From Octopus sinensis (taxonomy: Eukaryota), in NCBI RefSeq assembly GCF_006345805.1, contig NC_043002.1, positions 26,164,001-26,228,000 of the forward strand: a stretch of 64,000 bases of DNA. Direction: 5' to 3'. Each line of letters opens with the position of its first letter. The first letter of the stretch is position 1. This document shows positions 26,995-41,420 of this stretch, one piece after another. Both the position numbers and the translations under genes were made by a program. The notes beneath the pieces were generated by a model that was not told the DNA's origin, did no database searches, and saw only the letters and a list, made by a program, of their open reading frames with translations.

Positions 26995-27235
26995 TCAGTG
27001 CATCTATACGGCTACAAATTGTGAGAAACTAAATCTACCTACATTATTATGGATCGTTGAACCCCCATAAACAACTTTCTTCCCCACTTTAATTTTCTCT
27101 GTTATTTGTACTCTATGTAAGTTGGACCGATTGTTACAAATATATATTTCTTTCTTTCTCTCTCTCTCTATATATATATAATCTATTTATCTGTCCGTCC
27201 GTCCGTCCGTCCGTCTGTCTGTCTGTCTGTCTGTC

Positions 27236-27268
<33 letters not shown>

Positions 27269-28344
27269 CGAAAGTGTTCGTCATCTGAAAGTTTCCACCT
27301 TTTATAACATAATTTATCTCATGTATTCTACTTTTTACATTTGTCTTTCTCTTATTTCATTTCAAAATATTTCATGTTAAACTTTTAGATTAAAACCCCA
27401 CCCCAGCAACCCACAAATGAACTAAAACATAAAAGCAATAATATTACGAAAAATCTTATATTGCCAGGAACGCAACGAACAAGACAGTTTTCTGAAACCA
27501 AAATCTCTTCTGAATTTTACTTAAGATTACAGTCATCCACAGAGACCCCAATCTTATAAATAACATCTAAAATTTCTTGTTACGTCTCTATTCTTCTAGG
27601 TCGATACCGAAAGATCTATATGTAAGTATAATAATCAAAGTGTTTTTTTCTAAAACTGAGAATCACCAATATATACATCAATATATATCAATATATATCA
27701 ATATATATATATATATATATATATATTGATATATATTGATATAAATGCTGTACGTTTGAAGCAGTTGACATTTCCCTTTAAATATTCAGAATTATTGCAC
27801 TAGTGAGTGTTAATTTTATTCATAAGTTTGTGTTTCCTTCGAATGATCTGAAGAATGTATAATGCATACAGACATATACATACATGCATACTTAGAAACA
27901 GACATACATATTACTTACATATTCGTAAGCCAGTATGTGTAATCATATTCTATGTGCACGTATATAGAATGCGTATATTTGTGCGTGACCTTGTATTTAT
28001 CTGTATTCGTTTATAGTTGCATTTCTTTATAGTTGCATTCACCACACTCAAGCGTATTCACATATCTTTTCGTGATGTTTTCGTGATACATCCTCAAGGG
28101 TTCTAAATCTAAAACTTTAATTATACAATTTAAGTTAATTTTAGCTTTTAATTATATTTCCTTATGTAGTACGTGCCACTGTTAGACACATATGCAATTG
28201 AAATAAGCTAATCAAGATTTTTCAATGTATATATAGTTATATACATATACAGATATATACATATATAGATATTTCAAGTGATGTATAGAATATAATTTGT
28301 TTTCTTAGGCTTATTTGTACTTTTCATGTTTTCGTTTGTTGGAG

Positions 28345-28715
28345 CCAATTTTTCCATGATTTTGCAGATGTGTGAAGTTAGGGAGATAGGCCTAGAATGT
28401 TTGGCTTCTACTCTGCTTCCTCCGTTATGGATTGGGCATATTATTCTATTATTCCCTCCTTCAGCTTGCTTGGCAGCTTGCCATTCGCAAGAAAAATCCT
28501 GGACGAGAATCTGTAGGGGTTTCGTCAGGGTACGTTTGCACGATTTGAGGAGGGTTGCTGGGAAATCATCAGGCCAGCAGCTCTGCTTGTGTCCAACTCA
28601 TCTATGGCTAGTGTTATATCTTCTTCACCAATGTCGATGTAATCTGTCGTAAGTGCCACCTTGGTTGTAGGTGAGGCAGCAAAGAAATCCATTGATTCGT
28701 TCACTTGTCTGTGTT
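28345..28715 (-). pseudogene. LINE reverse transcriptase N-terminal fragment (CR1/L2/Jockey-like)
   Basis: Minus strand IGEEDITLAIDELDTSRAAG-(frameshift)-DFPATLLKSCKRTLTKPLQIL...CPIHNGGSRVEAKHSRPISLTSHICKIMEK. Confidence 0.85.
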
Positions 28716-28803
28716 CCAACACATGTATATATATATATGTGTGTGTATGTGTGTATGCGTGTTTATATGCATACATACATACGTATGCATGTATGTATGT
28801 ATG

Positions 28804-28847
<44 letters not shown>

Positions 28848-29306
28848 ATATATATATAATTCGCACGCGGTATTCAACATTTAAGGTCAACATTTATATA
28901 TATATAATGAGGTTATACAATATACAATGAAACTCTTCCGGCAACTTTTAAAAACGAAGTGAGACAATGACGTGAGGAATAATCCACAGATTCTCAGGAT
29001 GGATTCTTCGTTTAGAGAAGTCGCCTGACGTTACATAGCGTATGCATAAATCTGAATAATTTTCATAGAAAATAATTGTAGCATGAGTCTTCAATTCAAT
29101 ACTATGTTTTATTTATATATTTTATTCTTCTTTGAATACTTTGTATACTATTGAAATTACCGATTAAGAAACAGCAGTGTCTTAACTTCATCGATGTTTT
29201 CTGCGCTGATAATGGATAACTTCTGTTTTGCGTGATTCTGCCTAGCTAATTACTGGCGTGCTTCACGTTTTATATACTTTTATTATTTTTGGATCATTGT
29301 AGCTGA

Positions 29307-29308
29307 AA

Positions 29309-29397
<89 letters not shown>

Positions 29398-29850
29398 GTT
29401 TGTCTCTGTGTCTATCTATGTGCCTGTCTGTCTATCTATGTGCCAGTCTGTCTATCTATGTGCCAGTCTGTCTATCTATGTGCCAGTCTGTCTATCTATC
29501 TGCCAGCCTGTCTATCTATGTGCCAGTCTGTCTATTTATGTGCCTGTCTGTCTATCTATGTGCCAGTCTGTCTATCTATGTGCCTGTCTGTCTATCTATG
29601 TGCCTGTCTGTCTATGTGCCTGTCTGTCTGTCTGTCTGTTTATGTGCCTGTCTGTCTGTCTGCCTATGTGCCTGTCTGTCTATGTGCCTGTCTGTCCGTC
29701 TATGTGCCTGTCTGTCCGTCTATGTGCCAGTCTGTCCGTCTATTTGTCCGTCTATTTGTCTGTCTGTCTGTCTGTCTATTTGTCCGTCCGTCCGTCTGTC
29801 TATCTGTCTGTCTGTCTGTCTATCTATATATCTGTCTGTCTATCTATCTA
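29307..29850 (+). repeat. (TATC)n grading into a 20-bp minisatellite (tgtgcc[a/t]gtctgtctatcta) and (TGTC)n
   Basis: Directly visible. Confidence 0.95.
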
Positions 29851-32547
29851 ACACAATTTCATGACCATTTACAAGAATCTCTCCTCACAAGAAACATTGC
29901 TAAGGCAAATTATACTTAGCTAATTGCTATTTCAAGGCTTATAATGTCTGTGTCACCTATATCTGTAGGAATGTAATTTTCTACTATTATATTCTATTCT
30001 CTATATTCATTCGTATTAATCTACACTGAAATTTAATACATTCGTATAATATCTAAATCATATTTCGCAATTTATTTTCATGTATATCTTCATATCCTTT
30101 CGTTAATTGCCTTAACCTGTTCATGCACTTTCTATTTTTATGGCTACCAAATTCAGATCTTATTACCATAACCTCTCAAATTTTATATGCAACTTCGCAG
30201 TTTTCTTAATGGCGTGAAGTTCTACATTACTCGTACACGTCTATACTTCCCCAGCAAATTATAGCTATCCCCATACTTTTACCGAAATAAGAAATTAAAC
30301 TGTCGCATTTTCAAAAGTTACACCACTTTAATTATCTTAAGTGTCTTCCGTCTTACTTTTCTCTCTTTTCGTTTCTTATTACATTTCTTATTTCCAATAG
30401 ATGTAGAATCATGCATCTTATATACATCTTCAATAAATACTCCTGAAGTCAATCACGAATGAAACACAAGCGTTGTGATAGTTGTTGCACTCGTTTTTCG
30501 TAAAAAGGAGTGAAGTACATTATAAGTATTTCGACTCTTTTTCTATTTACTTTTTTTCAAAATTATCATACAAATAAGTCGTTAAGAAATTTGTGAAGTT
30601 GCAGATAAATTCCGAGTGATTATGGTAATAAGGTTTGAAATTTGTGGCAATAAAATCTTAAGTGTATGAGTTGATTAAAACAAGCTATGAAAGGTTATGA
30701 CGGTAAGAGGTTATAAATTAAAATAAATGCCATAAAATGTCCTGGACATCAGACAATTATTTTAAAATTCTTTGAAAGCTAACAAGAAATTAAATAGTTG
30801 TAAAATAATCGCAGAGAATGGTATTTCTTATGATATAGGTGACAAGGTCATTGCTACACTAGGAATCGAATTAGTTTAGCATAATTCATTTTTATATAGA
30901 TTATATTGACGTCAGAGTAGTTTATTTCGATATTTCGTTAAAGTGCTGGTATTAAGACATATGTTCTCACTGGAGGAAATGAGCACGGTCGTTAAAATAG
31001 ATACAGAAGAAAAATATGTAAAAATATTGAAGAAGAGTGTAAATAAAATATATGCAGACTACATCTTTTGTAACTGTCGAATAATTCAGGTTACGCCATC
31101 TAATATGAAACTAGATGGTAAAGGGACACAATTAAGTCGAGATAATTTGAGACGAATAATAAGTTTAGAAAGAAAAAGATAGAATAAGAAAAAGCGAACG
31201 AAAAATATGTAAGAAACATTTCTAAAGCATAAACATTCATACAACAGGAATAGATTTCTAATTGTGTTCATATATCTAATAGTGGTGACATATATATAAA
31301 TATAAATATAAATTCTCTTATATTAATTATTGCTGCTATTTCATGCCACATCAGCTCTCACTCAGTAGATGTAAGATCAGAAGAACTACCACCATAAAAA
31401 ATAAGCTGGGTTTTTCTGCAGAACATACGAGAATGACCTGATATATCACTTTCCCATGATATTCCATTCCTTCCATAATGATGTGAGAGAGATTTTGATG
31501 GTATTTTTGTCAAGCCAAGAGACAACTTAGAGGTTCACTCATTGGCTGTTTAATAATTAATAATATTTCAACGATCTGCTAATTATGTTAATATAGCTTT
31601 CTCAATAATTTTCCCACTGTATATTAATTTTGTAACCTTAATTATGAAATATTAATTAAATATCTGTTTATAAAGTTGAGTGAAAATATCAATGAAATTC
31701 AAACCGTATATATTTAGTCAATAACAAAGTTGAAAAAAATTCTTTTAGTCAATGTTATATTTATTTTCAATTTAAGAATTATGGCATCAGTTTTGAAAAG
31801 TGGGGTGTATATATAATCGGTTTTAGTACTTGACTAGGATCGGTATTATTTACAATTAATTTATCGGCCCCAAATGCAAGAAAGTTACGGTTTATCACGG
31901 TTGCATTCGATGTTGTTTCGACAACGGCTGAGAATAATAGAAAAGAAATCCACAAGAAATAATTATGCTGTAGGTAAAATCAATATTAGTCATTGGAATA
32001 TACCATTTTAGTTATTTTACTACATAGGTAACCAATTTAGTGATGTAACAATATATGAGAAAATCAGTAACTAAAACGATGCACACTAGTTTCTGTAAAA
32101 AAAAACCATAACTGTTTTGTGAACTGTCACGTTCTTTGTCTGAAAAACAATACCCAAGTTATATAATGTAAAGTGTGTTGAAAATCAAATCAACTATTGC
32201 AAGTAAAATATTTTTAGCATATTTCCCCTGCAATATTTAACATTGACCCTTCCCTTGTAAATGTAACTCATTATGAAAATTTGAAGGTGTTAAATTATAA
32301 CTCAACTCACGTTTGCTGGAAGGCGACTTGAAAATTTTTCAGATCTACTGTAAATGAAAAAGATTTAAAGACTGGAATTAGTTTACAGTAATTTAAAATT
32401 TGAACATTTCATAACTCAACACGTAGATACGTATCTCTCTCTCTATCTATCTCTCTATCTCTCTATCTATCTCTCTAACTCTCTATCTATCTCTCTAACT
32501 CTCTATCTATCTCTCTATCTCTCTATCTATCTCTCTAACTCTATCTA

Positions 32548-32626
<79 letters not shown>

Positions 32627-33669
32627 ATAAGCATATAATATATATGTATATAATACGTATATATGTATGTTTCATATATAAAACTAACAGAATGAGATAA
32701 ACAGAATATATATGTATATATATATGTATATATATATATAAAGATATATACACACACACACATTCACACACATACATTCAGATGCAAATATATTCGCATG
32801 TATGATATCATTCGTATATGCAAATGTGTAATTGGAATGATAACATTGCTGTAGTTTATTTATTTATAAACGTTTTCCAATTTTTCTCATAAGTTTGTTG
32901 TAGTTTATAACTCTGAAGTTTCCAAATCCATCTCCAATGTTTCTAGTATCGTGCATTGAGTTGGTGTGTCATACCCTTGTTATTTTGTAAACAAAGCCAA
33001 TATATTTGTTATTAACATCTGAAACGGAAATTTTGGCCCTTACATTGGCGCATATTCAGTCACCGAATGTTGAAGTTTTTCTTGTTCTAAATGTAGATTT
33101 TGTGTGCTTATGTTAGAATTGCGCTCTATAATGAACATTGCTTCTGTTAGTAATCGTTATAAAGATGCGATGTAGTAAAATCATTAGCACTTGAGCTAAA
33201 TGTTTAGCAGCATTTCTTCTAGCTTAAGTTGTGAGTTCAAATGTTGCTGAGGTCGTCCTTGCTTCTCATCCGTTTGGGCTCGATAAAACAAGTACCAATT
33301 AGACACTGGAGTCGATGCAATCGATCGGCTCTCTCCCCCAAATTTTTGATCACATGCTAATAGTAGAAAAAATTATTAATCGTCACGAAGTCACAATAAG
33401 GCAGTAACGTTACAGTGTCGATAAAACTTTCGAATATTTACATTCGGATTTCAAAACCCACCGAAGTTACTGCTTATCCCTTTGGGGTTAATAATTAAAG
33501 TACTAGTCAAGTACTGAAGTTGTTGGTTTCGTCTATTTCTTTTTCTTAAAAGTGTGGAATCGTAGCAAAATTAAAACAAATTAAGTACCTAAATTTGTAA
33601 TAATGTGTCATATGTTGTTACTAAATTCTTTATATTGATTTTTGTTTCGTGTGGTTGGATGTAGATAAT

Positions 33670-34640
33670 TGTACTGAGTGATGGAGCAGCCATGGGATCT
33701 ACGTCGTTACGATAGGAAACAAACTAGTACTAAGGCATAAATATACTCGTCATTATAACCACAGCGGTAAATGTCGATATATTTGATAATAAACCTTGTA
33801 CTAAAGTTAAACATTCAAAGTAATACAAATAATACTTCTAGCATTACAATATCTCCACTTCTAGATGTAAGCTTTTATACGGGAAATAACAGGTACCTGA
33901 TACATCATCACAATCTACTTTAAAGAAAGTAATAAAAGCCTGTACTTCCGCATAGACATTTAATGAGATGTAAGATTATTAATTAGAAGTAAAATTCGAT
34001 TTTTCTACCGCAAATAGAACATTAGATAAAGTAATTTAAAGAGTAAACTAAATATCAATAAAGTGCAGTTATTCAAACAAACAAATAGACCATAACATAG
34101 AACAATATAGACACAAAATCAACACAATAGATAAATTAGCATTTACATCTATTAAAAATAAATCAGCCAAACATATAGTACATTCAAGTAATTAAACTAT
34201 AGGATAGAAACTAACTACATAATGCTAAGTATGTAATAGTTTAGAACATCAAAAACCACATCGAATAGAACACAAAATGTATTCACCGAAACTATAAACT
34301 AATACAAATAATGTAATAGACAAACACGAAAATTATTTTTTAAAAAACGACTGACTATCAATTGAAATTTTGTAGTAGCTCAGACAAGGCACAAAGAAAA
34401 CAATAAGTTTAACAAATTTTATGGCAAACTTGATGTTTTTAAAGGCTTTTAATATACTACTTATCTCGTCGCTTCAAAATGCACTTACTAAAAGGAACAT
34501 TACAATGCAGAATAACCTATTACAGAAAACGAAACTGGATAAAAATAACATTAGTAAACAGTATAACTACCGTATAAAGAATTCCTCACAAAAATTATTC
34601 ATAAGATAAATGGAGCAATACTACTAGTATAGCTAAATAC
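33670..34640 (+). pseudogene. Decayed Penelope-like element (RT plus GIY-YIG remnants)
   Basis: AMGS (~33688), SPLLDVS (~33855), SYSNKQID (~34070) and YYLSRRFKMHLLKG (~34460; cf. TTLSRRLTMH). Heavily mutated. Confidence 0.55.
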
Positions 34641-37312
34641 ACTTAAACAATAATAATTTTTTTCTAATTATAGCACAAAGCAAGCAATCTTGATGGGAGG
34701 GAGGAATCGATTACATCACCCCCACCAATGCCCAAATGGTACTTATTTTTGCAATCACAAAACGATGAAAGTCAAATTGACTTCGGTGGAATTTGAACTC
34801 TGAACGTAAAGAGCCGAACGAAACGCTGCTAAGTACTTTCGTACAACGTGCTAATAATTCTGCAGATCGAAACTTTAATAATAATTCTTTCTAAGTTTAG
34901 CACAGGATCAGCAATTTGAGAACTGTAATAGCAGTTAAAATCGTGGGAACGCTATCTGGCCCTGGTCTTTGATGCTATTTTACACATAGATAAAAGATGA
35001 CTGAAATGGCTCTGACCAGGTCACAGTTGGAAGAAAATTATAGCCTTCACGTGTGGTTAGCTGATTTTGTATGGGAATCGGAGGGACTTTGTGAATGTTA
35101 TATAGATGGTTTCAAAACTTCTACAAAATTCTGTTGTACTCTAAGGTAGGGCAAAATTATTGATGAGTTATAGTTTTAGAGCTCTGTTGACCTTTATAGA
35201 TAAAATTTGAGTAATCAGAATCACTGAGTGCCGATACAGTGGCGCCGCCATATAGAGTGACACATATATCAATATAAAAATCAACATTGATTCAAAGCAT
35301 GCATACATTCACGCACACACAGATATGTGCGTGTGTGTATGTGTGTGAATGTGCGTAAATATGTCAGCGTGTGTCTGTGTGAATGTGTATGTGTGTATTA
35401 GTGTGCTTGCATGCATGTGTGATTATGTGCATGTTTGTGTGCTATCTCGAGACGAATACTGTAATGTATCCAGCTTTCAGTGATGTATCTGCTTTTTGTA
35501 TGACATAAAGGCAACTATTTTCAACTAATACGAATTTTTATTCAGCTCGCCGGCTAATTTCGTCATCAGTGATTTCTCAGTTAGTGTTTTACTATACCAG
35601 TAGTGTGTGATATTGTTTTTGCTTGCGCTTAACAGTGGATACCTACTCCTGACGATGCTCCAAGAGGCAGAGATATAGTATGCGCAACCGAAACCCCTGT
35701 GAATAGGGGCGTCCTATGTGACGACCTAGATGAGATGTTCAAACAGGCATTAGTGTAATTCGAACCCACTACTCAAGGAACCGGTGCAGATAGTGCAAGG
35801 CTTCCATTTTCTCGTTCTGCATATCCTACCAACTCGGATTTGTAGCTTTTTATAGATCCCAGAAGATTGAAACTGAAATTTGACCTTGGTGCGTTTTAAA
35901 CCCAGTGCTGAGAGTTGAAACAGATAGCAAATGTTATAAATCATTCTGACCGAGGCAATACCGACTCTGCCAATTCACCGTCTATGTATGTATGTATGTA
36001 TGTATGTATGTATGTATGTATGTATGTATGTATGTATGTATGTATGTATGCATGTATGTATAAATATATATGTGTGCGTGTGCTTATATTATACATACAT
36101 ACACACATATATATTATATATACAATATATATATACATGAAAAAAAATATATATCTTCTTTGAATGATTTTGTGAATGTATTTAAATACACATGAGTTGG
36201 TGTATGTGTGTGCGTAGACTTAATCTGCGACGCCTGGGTTAACTTTGTAATTTGACTAGAAGATGCCTTCAAGCGGAATCTATACTATTTCTAGACTCCT
36301 TCAGACTACGTCTCCATTTCAAGGGAAACTCCATATTTTGACGCACTGTTTCTCACTCTCTCTACTGCACCAGCCGCTGTGTCGTGGTTTTCTTATTCGC
36401 TCACCAAACAGTCTCGGAGACATTCCAAAGGTCATAGGTGCTGTCCTTCCTTCTTTCACTAAGCTATAAAACTAGAATACAGGACAGGCTATATTTCTTC
36501 TTATCTGTGTATAATAATCAGGAAGAAAAAAAAGAGAACTGATCATCTTTGGAAATGATATACAAGATATTAATGTTCACTTCTCTTGATATAAAACACT
36601 GGCATGTCTAACAAATACGTTATTACTTCACAGGGAGTGATTGGCATTCACTTTCGAATACTTTGATATGTTACTGCATCTTTTCATGTCATATATTTTA
36701 TTAGCTGAATAAAATATTATATCTGGAAGCGAATCCGCTGCATAATGAGACACGTTTGGAAAATATATGTATGGAATGGGAATTCACAAGCATAGTATTC
36801 TATTACATAAGTTACAGTTTAAAGCAAACATAAAGTTATTTTATTTTTGCGTATGCAGCATTTGCAGTAATATCTGTAAACCAAATGAAATTTTATAAGT
36901 AATGCATGTCATGAGATCACAGCTTAGATCGGTGTATACTTTATTTTAATATATTACTCACATAGTTATGTTAATGTGGAGTGAATTACGCAAAAGTATC
37001 AGAAATTATAAATGAGCTGGGGGGAAAAAAAGCCAATCAAGCTAAATAATATTAACAGCAGCAGCAGCACCTCCCACCACCACCACCAACAACAAAAACA
37101 ACAAAAACAACAATAATAATGATTGTTTCAAAGTTTGCCACAAGGGCAGCAATCTTAGAGGAGAGTTAAGTCGATTACATCTACCTCGGTATTGAACGGG
37201 TACTTATTTTACTGACCCCGAAAGAATGAAAGGCAAAGTCGACCTCAGCGGTACTTTAATTCAGAACGTAGCGTGCTAACCATTTTGCCAGCTCACTGCC
37301 ATAATAATAATG

Positions 37313-37361
<49 letters not shown>

Positions 37362-37363
<2 letters not shown>

Positions 37364-37884
37364 GCTTCTGATCTTAACTAATTGGAAGTGTTATCATGTA
37401 CATTGTTTTGTCTTGGTATAAAAGATGGGCTACAGCAAATATTCTGCTCAATACCACAGATTTGCTTGTCAGTTGTTTGACCTTAACCAGTTGAGCATGT
37501 CCCTTAGTGGCTGACGATATGTGCATCTCTGATCACGAGCAGAAGTAGTGGGGGAGCATCATAGCCATGTGTTGAGAGGGATTCTTTGGGGTTTGAATAG
37601 TTCACCTCTGGAAACATGGGTGGTTCTTTCAACATCCTTAAACAACCCTTATTCAGGGACCGTTTGAGTGGGATGGGCTACTCAACCTGAAGAAAATTCT
37701 AACTGGGCCCCACCTGCAAGGTCATGTGCTGTTTATCTTGATATGAGATCACCATGTCGCGCACATATGGTTGTGATGCATGTGCCTGGTGTACCTTTAT
37801 CAGACGGGTAGTCATGATGGGTATATTGGGCTTCGTATACTTTACCCCGGTGTCACTTTGATGGCATGAACTGCTCTCTCACTC
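37362..37884. mobile_element. 523-bp non-coding interspersed repeat with (TAA)n on both sides
   Basis: Relatively GC-rich block with sharp (AAT)n borders. Its first ~85 bp recur at 17384-17468. No ORF of 60 aa or more. Confidence 0.75.
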
Positions 37885-37929
<45 letters not shown>

Positions 37930-38395
37930 TGGAGCATTAGGCATAATATAAAAAACGTATTTCCCAAAACGTAGAAGTTATAGCTCGACCCTTAACACTA
38001 CACTCTATCCGAAATGTACCCTTGTTTGGATCAGACCACATCCTATGCAACATACTATCAGTACAATAGTACAACCCAAATAAAACAAACTACAAATACA
38101 AAACATACTCTACTGAGTAAATATCCAATAAAATAAATGACCGCCACAGCATATACTCTACATAATTCGCAATATACGCACGACACGCTATGCAAGCATT
38201 AATAAAACGCAATACTCAAATGAAAGCACATAACAAAATAAACTTATGCAATACAATACTAGGAAGTGTTCGTACTTCCCTAACAACAATATAAATAAAT
38301 ATGACCTCGGAATGCAGCGCAAACCTTAGTAACACGGATGTGTAGCAGATGATGCAATAGAAATCTGCCTGAAATGATAAAACATGTCGAAAAAT

Positions 38396-38475
<80 letters not shown>

Positions 38476-38599
38476 CATTATTATTATCATTACTTTTTTT
38501 ACTTCTTTCAAATTTGCTTCCATTTCTTGCCGAGTGTCTTCCCGACTCCTAGGGCAAAGAAACTCATAGTATACATTGGTAGGCCATTAAACCAAACTC

Positions 38600-38850
38600 A
38601 ATAGTTCGTTCATTTTATTATTATTTTTTTTTAAAGTTAAATTAAAATACATGGGCAGCAACAGTTCTCACATCGACAATGCTCTTCTCAATACGTATGA
38701 TGTACCAGTTAAGACAATCTTTTGCACTTCTTGCAGGGATGGTAAGCCAGGGATCATTCTCATATAATTTTCGGTTCCCTTCTTGATCATTCCTGGTGCT
38801 CCTACGATCACTGGTATTGTAACCGCCTTGAGATGCCACATTTTCTCAAT
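38600..38850 (-). mobile_element. 3' end of an R4/Dong-type LINE (RLE C-terminus), 5'-truncated at a (TAA/TGA)n tract
   Basis: IEKMWHLKAVTIPVIVGAPGMIKKGTENYMRMIPGLPSLQEVQKIVLTGTSYVLRRALSM* (stop at 38668-38670), the typical C-terminal motif (W.......IPVIVGA.G...K) of RLE-bearing non-LTR elements. Confidence 0.85.
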
Positions 38851-39336
38851 TATTATCATTATCATTATTATCATTATTATCATTATTATTATTATCATTA
38901 TTATTATTATTATTATTATTATATTATTATTATTATTATTATTATTATTAGTAGTAGTAGTAGTAGTAGTAGTAGTAATGACGGCGTGTGGTACTGTCTG
39001 TGACTCAGTAATTTTTCAAAAACTAAAACATAAACAAACGTTTCGGGCAGAGATAGGGTCAGAATGTAAGTTTTCTTTACAGTTAAACTAAACCGATATA
39101 TCACGGATCAACTCACCAAAGAGATTCAAATATGCTAATGAATAACATACAATGGATGATATAACATGAAGAAAAAGTATGATGAAATATTAAAGAAATG
39201 CAAGAAAATTTAACTGAACGTGAACATATCGGAAGTGAAATATTAAAGGAAACTAGTAAAGAATAATCCACGCAATGTTTCAGAACCCAAACTAGCAGAG
39301 GTCATCGGAAATCGGAATATAATGGCAACGCAACAC

Positions 39337-39388
<52 letters not shown>

Positions 39389-39400
39389 GTAATAATAACA
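38851..39400. repeat. (ATT/ATC/AGT)n and (AAT)n trinucleotide tracts (also 37300-37360, 37885-37930, 38395-38490, 57055-57110)
   Basis: Directly visible. Confidence 0.9.
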
Positions 39401-39499
39401 ATGATATATAACAGTAAACAAGAAGCAAATTCAAATGCCAAATGCTGCCGAGAAATAATAAATATTTTAACTACCCTTACAAATAACTGCAACTTTAGA

Positions 39500-39720
39500 C
39501 AAATGATAGAGGAAATTAAACCATATTTTTAGAAGATATTACAAATCAGAACAATATAACGCGGTAATCAAACTGATGAACTGTCAAAAAATATTTACAA
39601 AGGAAATTCACGAAGTAGATATATTAGTTTTAAAGGAAATAAGTGTGTGATAAATCACAGGAGAAAGTATACAGGTAGTATATGTAATACACAAAAAGGG
39701 GTATAAATGTTATCTCTGTC

Positions 39721-39756
<36 letters not shown>

Positions 39757-40480
39757 ACGCACAGACATATCAATCAAAATTACATGAAACACTTTGAAGG
39801 ATAAAATGAACAGTAGTAAAATTGAAAACAAATAGATTAACCTACAGTGCGAAAGAAAAGTTAATCATTTGGTGTCACAAGAGTAGGAAGACTTCACAGG
39901 AGTAAATATGAAGGAAGCCATGAGTAGAAAAAGCAATTCGAAATGGACAGGATCATAAAACAAACAATATAAAAGAGAAAAAATCAGGAAGCAGAAATAA
40001 ATATTAATTCAACAGATAAAAGGTAAATCGTTGAGAATTCAAGCATATAAGGACAGAAAATAATCGAACAGAGAAAGAAAAATATTTTTAGAAAATGAAG
40101 ACGAAAGCAATACAAGTACAAAATACACAACGTATAGAATATGAGAAATAACTGGATGCAAAATACTGAAAGTAATAAATAAAAAGAACTATCAAAAGAA
40201 ATAATCAATTAAAAAAAATCAGAAATTAATATTGATCATGTTGGACAAGAATGGGAAGACAACACAGTGGAAAATATAATGGAAGCCATTAGCAGAAAAT
40301 AGACACTTTTAAATAACAAAAGTTGAAAATATTCAAAATTTCATAATAAAGTACTTCCATGTCCTAGCCATAAGACGACTAAATGCTTTGGTAAAATAAG
40401 CTGGCCGTCACGTTCTTCAAAATGACTGACGTACGTAAATCAGACATGTGATGAAATGCGAGAAAGTGGTGAACTTAAAA
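39500..40480 (+). pseudogene. Second decayed R4/Dong-type ORF segment (pre-RT region)
   Basis: QQIKGKSLRIQAYKDRK (~40010) parallels KSQRIRLYENKKK at 19510. W..EWEDN near 40245. Confidence 0.45.
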
Positions 40481-40554
40481 TCTATAAACGAATCATTTGA
40501 CGGCCTTTCTAAATTCTACAAAAAATTGACACTATGAAAGAAGATATATTCTTT

Positions 40555-40948
40555 TCTTCTCTAGGCACAAGGTCAGAAATTTTGGGGGAAGGATAAAGTC
40601 GATTAGATCGACTCCTGTACGCAACTGGTGCTTAATTTATCGATCCCGAAAGGATGAAAGGCAATGTCGACCTTGGTGGAATTTGAACTCAGAACATAAA
40701 GACAGGCGAAATACCTATCTCTTTACTACCCACAAGGGGTTAAACACAGAGAGGACAATCAAGGACAGACAAACGGATTAAGTCGATTATATCGATCACA
40801 GTGCATAACTGGTACTTATTTAATCGACCCCGAAAGGATGAAAGGCAAAGTCGACCTCGGCGGAATTTGAATTCAGAACGTAACGGCAGACGAAATTCGG
40901 CTACGCATTTCGTCCGGCGTGCTAACGTTTCTGCCAGCTCGCCCCCTT
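40555..40948 (-). mobile_element. Dimeric family A SINE
   Basis: Two gaaaggatgaaaggcaa...gaatttgaa.tcagaac units joined by gaaatacctat.tctttactacccacaagggg...caaggacagacaaacggattaagtcgattatatcga. Confidence 0.9.
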
Positions 40949-41113
40949 ATGAAAGAAAATATATTAACTCCTCGACAGGAATAATAGAATAATATCAGAC
41001 CTTTTGCAGAAGGGCTATAAAAGTCTGTAAAGAACCTAATCCAAAACTTACACTTTACCTCAACTGAATATGTAAAGTTAGTGAGAGTGTTAGAACTCAC
41101 GGTTATTTCAATA

Positions 41114-41162
<49 letters not shown>

Positions 41163-41420
41163 GTGTCAATAAAAGGTAAAACACAAAACCAAAATCAAAT
41201 CTTGTTTTAAATATGAGGAAGGTGCACTCCGATGAGAAACAATTTCTGGAAATAGTGAAATGTCTGAAGGAATGTACGTTATCAGTACGTCTTCTCGGAC
41301 TGACATATGCCACGCTAAATCAATACATGTACTGAGGTAATGCCAACAAGATTAGCATGATTAGGAAAGGCAGCCATTTGGTCTGCATATATGTGTGTGT
41401 ATATATGTATATATATATAT

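Noticed and set aside
35649-35713. CTGACGA...GAAAC-CCCT..AGGGG-CGTC hammerhead-like string
   Set aside because: A stem III-like hairpin exists, but the A15.1-U16.1 register is broken and stems I and II cannot form. At best a dead relic.
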